Assembly (NCBI GenBank): GCA_951406725.2
Contig: OX597830.1
Span: forward strand, 21,700,001-21,764,000
Length of the DNA: 64,000 bases
Source of the DNA: Octopus vulgaris
Lineage: Eukaryota
Reading direction: 5' to 3'
Positions within the stretch are counted from its first letter, which is position 1, and each line of letters opens with the position of its first letter. The notes beneath the pieces were generated by a model, which was not told where the DNA came from, did not search any database, and saw nothing but the letters and a program-made list of their open reading frames with translations. The translations under genes and the position numbers were made by a program. This document shows positions 55,756 through 64,000 of this stretch, one piece after another.

Positions 55756-56545
55756 GTGGAGCTTTGAGGTGTTTCCGTTCAATAAACACACACGCCCGGT
55801 CTGAGAGCTCAAAATCGCGATCCTCCGACCACATCCGCTGCCCTAACCATTGGACCATTGCGCCCCCACTGCTGCTGTTGTTGTTATTGGTGCTATTCAA
55901 TTTGTTGCGATAGCTGTGGTTGCTGTCGTTGAAATTGTAGATGTTGTTGTTATAGTAATGGCTGTTGTTGTTCTTCTTGTTCTTGTTCTTGTTCTTCCAG
56001 GGATTTGGATGACGGAAACCTAATGTGGAAGACCGTGATATATACACACACGCGCACATACATACACACACACACACAATCATGTGTGCGTGTGTATGTG
56101 TGTGTATGTGTGTGCGTGCGTGTGTGTGTGTGTATTTGTGTTTATCCCTCTCCTCCGCTTGACAATTAGTATTGAGTTGTTTACCACTCCGTAACCTAGC
56201 GGTTCGGCAAAAGAGTTTGATAAAATGAGAACTAGACTTAAAAACCAAAGACTGCTTCATCTATCATCAATCATCTGTTTTAAGAGATGGGCTGAAGGAG
56301 ATATTACCCTCAATGCGATTTGAACTCTGTACTCAGAGGACCGGGGAAAAAATATCTAAATATCTAAAACATCTCATTCGACGATTCACTGCCCTGGACT
56401 AGTGCCTTGTTCTATTGATTCCCGCCCTGATTGGTTGCGATATGTCTTAACCCATCGTAAATCTCTGAGGCCTTTTGACAATGTACTGAAAATCTGTGAC
56501 CTTCCGAATCCTAACCAGTCTCAGTATTGGATGCTTCCTCTAGAC

Positions 56546-56907
56546 CAGTGTTTCTCAACTGGGGGTTCATAAGCCCCCTGAGGGTCGTTATAAGATTTTG
56601 GGGGTCCATGCAACAAAATCGTAGATTGAGGACCCAAATAGTATTTTAAGGGCCCCTGAAAAACTTTTGATTTAGATGTACGTATTGGTACATATTGCAA
56701 AAAAAAAAAACAGCCTGGGTTCTTTCTCTAACAATTTACATAGTTCAACCTACGCAAGTAAATATGTGAAAAAAATAGGTATTTTGAAAGAAGTTTCTGT
56801 AAAACTAGATTTTAAGCATCAAATGGCTATGGAGGGGGGCGGGTCTACCATAATAAAATAGTAATCAAAGGGGTCCATAGATATAAAATGGTTGAGTACT
56901 AACCCCG
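56546..56907. mobile_element. hAT (Charlie-type) MITE with 8-bp TSD CTCTAGAC
   Basis: CTCTAGAC at 56538-56545 and 56908-56915. Left end CAGTGTTTCTCAAC; right end GTTGAG...AACCCCG (degenerate). NTCTAGAN is the Charlie-type target. Confidence 0.88.
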
Positions 56908-57748
56908 CTCTAGACGGAGAGAGCGAGATGTTTAGTATTCTGCGGTGGCGTCCAGTCCATTGATTGGTTGTGTGCGAAATTAGATGTTCGTTTTCGTTTA
57001 TAGAAAATTACACTTTCAGAAAAAAATCATATTTGCATTTACATTGATTCATACAACAAAACGAGCAAGCTTCGTCTCAGTTTAATTAGTTGGTAATTTA
57101 ATAAAGTATTAAATAAGATTGTTATCTTTTAAAAATTAAAAGCTCAAAATAGCAAGTAGCCTAAATTGATGGTATATTCAGAGTGCAGTGAATACCAATA
57201 AAGAATCTGATTGGTCGAAATTACTAACCTATACAATTTTCTATATTTACGCACTTATTTCCCAAATACATAGTGGCAGTAAATAGGCGTAGGCGTGGCT
57301 CTGTGGTAAAAAGTCTGCTTCCCAACCACATGGTTTCGGGTTCAGTTTTACTGCGTGGAACCCTAGGGCAAGAGACTTCTACTATAGCCCTGGGCCGACC
57401 AAAGCCTTGTAAGTAGATTTGGTAGACGGAAACTGAAGGAAGCCTGTCGTACATACACACACACATATTTATATGTGTGTCTGTGTTTGAAAAGCTTGAC
57501 AACCCGTGTTGGTGTATTTACGTCCCCTTAACTTAGCGGCTCGGCTAAAGAGAACGTTAGCATAAGTACTAGGATTAAAACATTTTTTTCGACTAAAAGT
57601 CCTCAAAGCGGTGCCCCAGCATGGCCACAGTCTAATGACTGAAACTAGTAAAAGATAAAAGGCCTACTCAAAATATGATTGTTCTGACAACTTCAGAAAG
57701 TATATATTTATCAGTATATATACTGATATATATACATATATATATATG

Positions 57749-58640
57749 CAGGGTGGGTGAAAAGTAAGTAGGCATTAAAAATCGGTAATAAAACCCATAT
57801 TCCTTTTACAAATTTATTGAAAGAAATGATACATGTTCTTTATTACATGGCAAAATGAAAGTAAACCATTATATTTCAACTAAAGCACCGACAGCGTCAA
57901 CCAGTTTCTTCGAACGGCCAGGCATGGAATGTACAACCTTCTGAAAAACGTCGTCTGAGATATCATTGAGAATCTCCTGAATCCGTGTCTCTAAACCTTC
58001 AGTGTGCCAGGTTTTGTCTTGTACACGTCCTCTTTTGTGTAACACCACAGGTAAAAAAATCACGTGGAGTGAGATCTGGACTTCTTGGAGTTCTGGACTT
58101 CTGCGGTCACAGTCTTCAGGTTTTAGCTCCTGCACATAATGGGGTTTCCACGGACAAAAATTCAATTCTTTATGCAATACTGTACGTATTGTGTGTGTTG
58201 TCACTCCACTTTCATGAGCCGCTTGACGTGTTGATTTCTGTGGGCTGCGATTAAAAATTTTCTGTAGTGTTGCCACGTTTTCCGCTGATCGGGATGTGGT
58301 TGGACGGCCACTTCTTGCATCATTCACAGAGTCCGTGGTCATCAGCTTTGCATGACAACTTTTTATTGTCTCCGTACATAATGTTGCATGCTTACCTTTC
58401 TATGCACACCACCATCTCGGAACCAAAACAATGGAATTCCACACTTCATAGCGTGCTGCTAACTTAGCTCGACCCTGAAACAGTCAAGCGAGCAGCAAAA
58501 GAAAATAAGAAATGAACCCATAAGAAAATGTGATATCCCCATTAGTGTTGTCTGTTTAAAAAATGTTTTCGTCATGACTTCAGTGATACTAAAAATTCTA
58601 TAAGCAATTTCTAATGCCTAGTTACTTTCCACCCACCCTG
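57749..58640 (-). mobile_element. Internally deleted Tc1/mariner element (892 bp) with both TIRs
   Basis: TIRs CAGGGTGGGTGAAAAGTAAGTAGGCATTAAAAAT and ATTTCTAATGCCTAGTTACTTTCCACCCACCCTG, the latter followed by TA. ORF 57869-58342: RSGRPTTSRS..FNRSPQKSTRQAA..PWKPHYVQELKPEDCDRR jumps to the C-terminal region, so the DDD core is lost. Confidence 0.92.
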
Positions 58641-58669
58641 TATATGACGACGACGTTAATCCCAACAAA

Positions 58670-58842
58670 AATATTTTCTTCCTCTCTCCGTTTTATTTCA
58701 TTTTCTCCCCTTTTTTTCTGCTCTTAATCCTTTCCGTCAAAGAGCGTAGGCTCGAAACAGAAAAGACGTTTCCATTCTTCTCGAGCGTTAAACTAATACA
58801 CCAGCTTGTTGTTCCTACACGTGTCATCGTCATTTCGAACTA
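58670..58842 (+). mobile_element. Short HHR-bearing element, family B (decayed)
   Basis: CTTT-CCGTCAA-A-GAGC-GTAG-GCTC-GAAA-C at 58730-58758; tail GAGCGTTAAACTAATACA shared with the other B copies. Confidence 0.6.
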
Positions 58843-59118
58843 CACGCGCGCGCACATACACATCTCTTTTACTCTTTTTTTACTCTTTTACTTGTTTCAG
58901 TCATTTGACTGTGGCCATGCTAGAGCACCGCCTTTAGTCGAGCAAATCAACCCCAGGACCTATTCTTTGTAAGCGTAGTACTTATTCTATCGGTCTTTTT
59001 GCCGAACCGCTAAGTTACGGGGACGTAAACACACCAGCATCGGTTGTCAAGTGATGTTTGGGGGGACAAACACAGACACACAAACATACACACAAATACA
59101 CACACACACACACACACA

Positions 59119-59196
<78 letters not shown>

Positions 59197-60084
59197 GTGT
59201 GACCTTCGAAACGTGGAGTAGATGAAACAGAGGCGGCTGAAGAAGGGGAATTTCCCTTGTGTTGTATGTCTTGTACTCTGTTTTTTCGTTGTTTTAAGAA
59301 CATGTCCATTTCCTTGGTTTTGTGTTTATGTTTTCGTTTCTCATTGTGTTCGACGTTTTTTTTTTGGTGTCCTGTATCCATATATGCATGTATATATACA
59401 TGTAGATGTAGGTACGTACATATATGTATGTATATATGCATATGTTTTATTTATTAATTTGTTATTAAATATATATATATACATATATACGGCGGGCTTC
59501 TTTCAGTTTCCATCTACCAAATCCACTCACAAGGCTTTGGTTGACCCGAGGCTATAGTAGAAGACACTTGCCCAAGGTGCAGCGCAGTGGGACTGAACTC
59601 GGGACCATGTAGTTCATAAGCACGCTACTTACCACACAGCCACTCCTGCGCCAACGGTGGGCTTCCTCACAGTTTTCATCTACCAAAAATCACTCACAAG
59701 GCATTGGTCGGTCCGATTCTATAGTAGAAGACACTTGCCCACGGTGCAGCACGTTGGGTTTGAACCCGACACCACGTGGCTGGACAGTAAGTTTCTTAAC
59801 CATTCAGGCATGACAACGCCCATCGTTAATTTTGTAATCGACACTCAAGCGTAATTGTAAATATCGATCTTGTAAATTGTTGCTGTTGCTGGGCTTGCAG
59901 TAGTCGACGGTGTTATTGTTGTTGTTGTTGTTGTTGTTGTTGTCGTCGTCGTCCTTGTCGCCCCCTACTGTCTCTTAAATGACAGTTTGACCAATAAACT
60001 AGCTGCCATATGGCTACCGAAACATTGGTGTCCCGCAGACATACGCACGCACACACATACACACACAAAGACGCACATACACAT

Positions 60085-60140
<56 letters not shown>

Positions 60141-60861
60141 ACATGTACACGAAATTACATACACGTACGCAGACATACACTAAGGCATACACACATTACG
60201 CAAACATACACAGAAATGCATATATATATGCACGTGGACATACACACACAGACAAAGGCACACACTCACACATTCACACACACATACACAGACACACACA
60301 TATACATACACAACCACACACAAACCCACACATACACACAAACACAAAAATATACACACGCACGCATGCACACATATACACAAAATGACATACACGCACA
60401 CAGACAAACACCAAGGCATACACGCATTACACAAGCATACACAGAAATGCACATACATGCACGTGGAAATACACACACAGATAATGCACACGCACCACAC
60501 ACACATACACACACACACATACGTACACATTCGCAAACACTGGCATAAATAAGCACAGAAACACACACGTTCACAAACGTGGGCAACCACATGTATACAC
60601 ACACACACACACACACACACAAATATATACACACACACACACACATATCACACATGCACGCACACACTCGCAGATATATAAGCATGCATTCACGCATGCA
60701 TACGATAAACACATTCAGAGTCGCATACACACGCATACATACACACAAGCACATGCATACACATACATATATATACTTACACACACACACACACACACAT
60801 ACTGTTATATCCATCTGTCCCCGTATTTCTTCATTCGATAATCGATCAGCGTAACCATTTT

Positions 60862-60939
<78 letters not shown>

Positions 60940-61139
60940 TAGTAGTAGCAGCAGCAGCAGGAAGAGGAGAAGGAGAGCAGGAGCAGTAGAATTAATGTTC
61001 CTTTCTACTTTAGGCACAAGGCCTGAAATTTGGGGGGAGGAGAGGAGAGGGGAGGTAGTCGATTAGATCGAATCCAGGGTTTCTCTGGTACTTATTTTAT
61101 CGACGCTAGTGGTGATGGTTGTAGTAGTAGTAGTAGTAC

Positions 61140-61185
<46 letters not shown>

Positions 61186-61306
61186 TGTAGTAGTAGGAGG
61201 AGGAGGAGGAGGAGGAGGAGGAGGAGGAAGAGGAGCGGCGGCTGCGGCGGCGGTGGTGGTGGTGGTAGTAGTTGTATTAGTAGTAATAGTAATTATGGTG
61301 GTGATG

Positions 61307-61340
<34 letters not shown>

Positions 61341-61404
61341 CAGTAGTAGTAGTAATGATGGTAGTGGTTGTAATAGTGGTGGTGGTGGTGGTAGTAGTAG
61401 TAAT

Positions 61405-61446
<42 letters not shown>

Positions 61447-61802
61447 TGGTGGTGATGGTTGTAGTGGTGGTATTAGTGGCAGTGGTGTTGGTAGTAGTAA
61501 TGGTGGTGGTGATGATGGTGGTGGTGGCGGCAGTGGTGGTGGTTGTAGTAATAGTGACGGTTTTAGTTGATGTAATGGTAGCAGATGCTATTACTGAGTT
61601 TGCTGTTATTAATTGCTTTTTTTTTTCTTTTTCTATTTTGTTTTTGTTATTATTGTCGTTATGGGATCACTAAGAGCAGTGGATTAAAATAATGGCTAGA
61701 GCATCGGGGAAAAGAATGCTCCACTGTGTTTCTTCCGGGTCTTAACGTTCTGGGTTCAAATCCCGACAAAATCAACTTAGTTTTATCATTCTTGCAATGT
61801 TG

Positions 61803-61915
<113 letters not shown>

Positions 61916-61932
61916 AAGAAGAAAATACATGT

Positions 61933-61967
<35 letters not shown>

Positions 61968-62099
61968 CGCAGGTGTGGCTGTATGGTAACAAGCATGCTT
62001 CCGAACCACAGGATTCCGGGTTCAGTCCCACTGTGTGAAACGTGGTAAAGTGTCTTCTACTTTAACCTCGCCCCTACGGAAACTGAAAGAAGCCCGTCG

Positions 62100-62156
<57 letters not shown>

Positions 62157-62749
62157 CCCTGTTTGTCCTTTTCATCTTTGCTTGACAATCGATGTAGCTG
62201 TTCGGCAAAAGAGACCGATAGAGTAAGTACTAGACTTACAAAGAATAAGTCCCGGGATCGAGTTGTTCGACTAAAGGCGGGCTCCAGTATAGCTGCAGTC
62301 AAAATGGCTGAAACAAATGAAACAATAAAAGAAAATAATATATACACATGCATACGGGCATGCATATGTGCATGTATGTACGTTTGTATGTATGTACATA
62401 TGTACGTATGTATATATGTATGTATGTATGCAAGTATGTATGTATGTATGTTGGTATGTATGTAGGTATGTATGTAGGTATGCATGTATGTATATATCCA
62501 TGCATGTACGTATGTATGAATGAATGTATGTATGTATGTTTGTATGTATGTATGTATGTATGTAGGTATGTACGTATGTATATATGTATGCATGTATGTA
62601 TATATGTATGTATGCATGTATATATGTATGCATGCATGCATGTATGTATGTATGTAGGTATGCACGTATGCATTATGCATGCATGTATGTATGAATGTAT
62701 GCATGCGCGTATGCACGTATGTATGTATGTATGCATGCATGCATGTATG

Positions 62750-62781
<32 letters not shown>

Positions 62782-62903
62782 CATGTATGTATGAATGTAT
62801 GTATGTACGTATGTATGCATGTATGTATGAATGTATGTATGTACGTATGTACGTATGCACGTATGTATGCATGCATGTGTGTATGTACGTATGCATGTGT
62901 GTA

Positions 62904-63109
62904 CGAGGGAATACTGAAAAGTTCCTGGTTTTGGGTAAAAGAAAATACAGGAAGATGAGTTAATTATGATTTTATTCAACATATTTCTTTCTCAGCGGTT
63001 CTTCAATTTATCTAAACCCTGTAAAAAACAAAAATCGGAAGATCGGGCCTTGAACCACCAGGCCTTTGGCAATACCCTTAAAGCCAAGAACTTAATCAGT
63101 ACTCCTTCG
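62904..63109. mobile_element. Mariner-derived MITE (~205 bp) with TA duplication
   Basis: TA-CGAGGGAATACTGAAAAGTTCCTGG at the left and CCAAGAACTTAATCAGTACTCCTTCG-TA at the right (imperfect TIRs). Confidence 0.8.
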
Positions 63110-63926
63110 TATGTACGCATCCTTGTCTTTAGTTAGGTCCCTTTACTTTCTGATTTCAATCCCCACCGGGATTCACTTAGCGTTTAATATTTTCCAAGGG
63201 AGCAACATTAAATGCAATCCTGTGTAACTGTTCGTATATGCACGCGCGCGCACGTGTGCATGGGCTTGCGTGCATGTGTATGCGTGTGTCTGTGTGTGTG
63301 TGTGTATCAGTGTGACTGTGTGAGTGTGCGCGCGTAAGTATGCGTGTGAATACCCCTATTTGATGAAGCATAAACAATCTGGAAAAGACTGCATTTACAC
63401 AAGTCAGCATTTTTCTATTTTCAAAAAGCATGCTGATGAAAATACGTCTGCAACGCAATCAAGTCACTAAATGCTTGAGCTAATTACAAAGAAAGTTAAA
63501 ACCACACATTGAAGGTGGAGATTGATGCATGAATTTAGTTTAACATGGCGGACAGTTTCCAGCCCTCAAAAAGACAAACATGGCTGACGATATAAAAGTG
63601 TTCGTGAAACAAGTAGTATGAAAACATATTTTATCTATCATCTCTTACCTGTTTCAGCCATTAGACAGCGGCCATTCTGGGGCACCGTATTGGAGAATTT
63701 TAGTCAATCGAATCGATTCCTGAAAATTTTTTTTTAAAGTCTAGTACTTAATATATAGAGCCCATTTGCTGAAGCGTTAAGTTACGGGGCGTAAACACAC
63801 CACACTTTTAAGTAAAAGAAAATAACGTTGGGGACAACAGTAGGGCACAGCAGTTTTTAGGGGTCACCTCGGATAAATTTAGGGGTCAAGAGTTAGTTCA
63901 GTAAAATAACAGCCCCTATTGTTGTT

Positions 63927-63982
<56 letters not shown>

Positions 63983-64000
63983 GGTGGTGGTGGTGGTGGT

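Noticed and set aside
59198-59250. GAAA...CTGAAGA arrangement suggesting a type II hammerhead
   Set aside because: I could not build stems I and III convincingly; more likely a truncated repeat inserted in an S1 SINE.

Overview
AT-rich, microsatellite-saturated eukaryotic DNA with no recognisable host protein-coding exon. The SINE families and repeat texture match what I know of Octopus (coleoid cephalopod) genomes; this assignment is an inference. Almost all ORFs in the track are translations of (TA)n, (CA)n, (TATC)n, (TACA)n or trinucleotide tracts. Real coding remnants are all transposon-derived: a decayed Chapaev3-type transposase (~19220-20544, -), two Penelope-like element (PLE) 3' fragments with GIY-YIG endonuclease (17302-18090 +; 48545-50125 -), Tc1/mariner pieces, and RTE and restriction-like-endonuclease LINE fragments. 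Non-coding mobile DNA includes hAT and mariner MITEs and dozens of tRNA-derived SINEs in four families. Tandem arrays of 50/52 bp (1085-1700) and 27 bp (20810-21358) are also present. The most notable signal is about 17 hammerhead-ribozyme (HHR) motifs, one apparently intact (48569-48654, -). They lie in short elements inserted in (TA)n tracts, several arranged as fold-backs or with terminal inverted copies, and one subfamily has a recurrent non-canonical catalytic core. All coordinates were read by eye and element boundaries are approximate.
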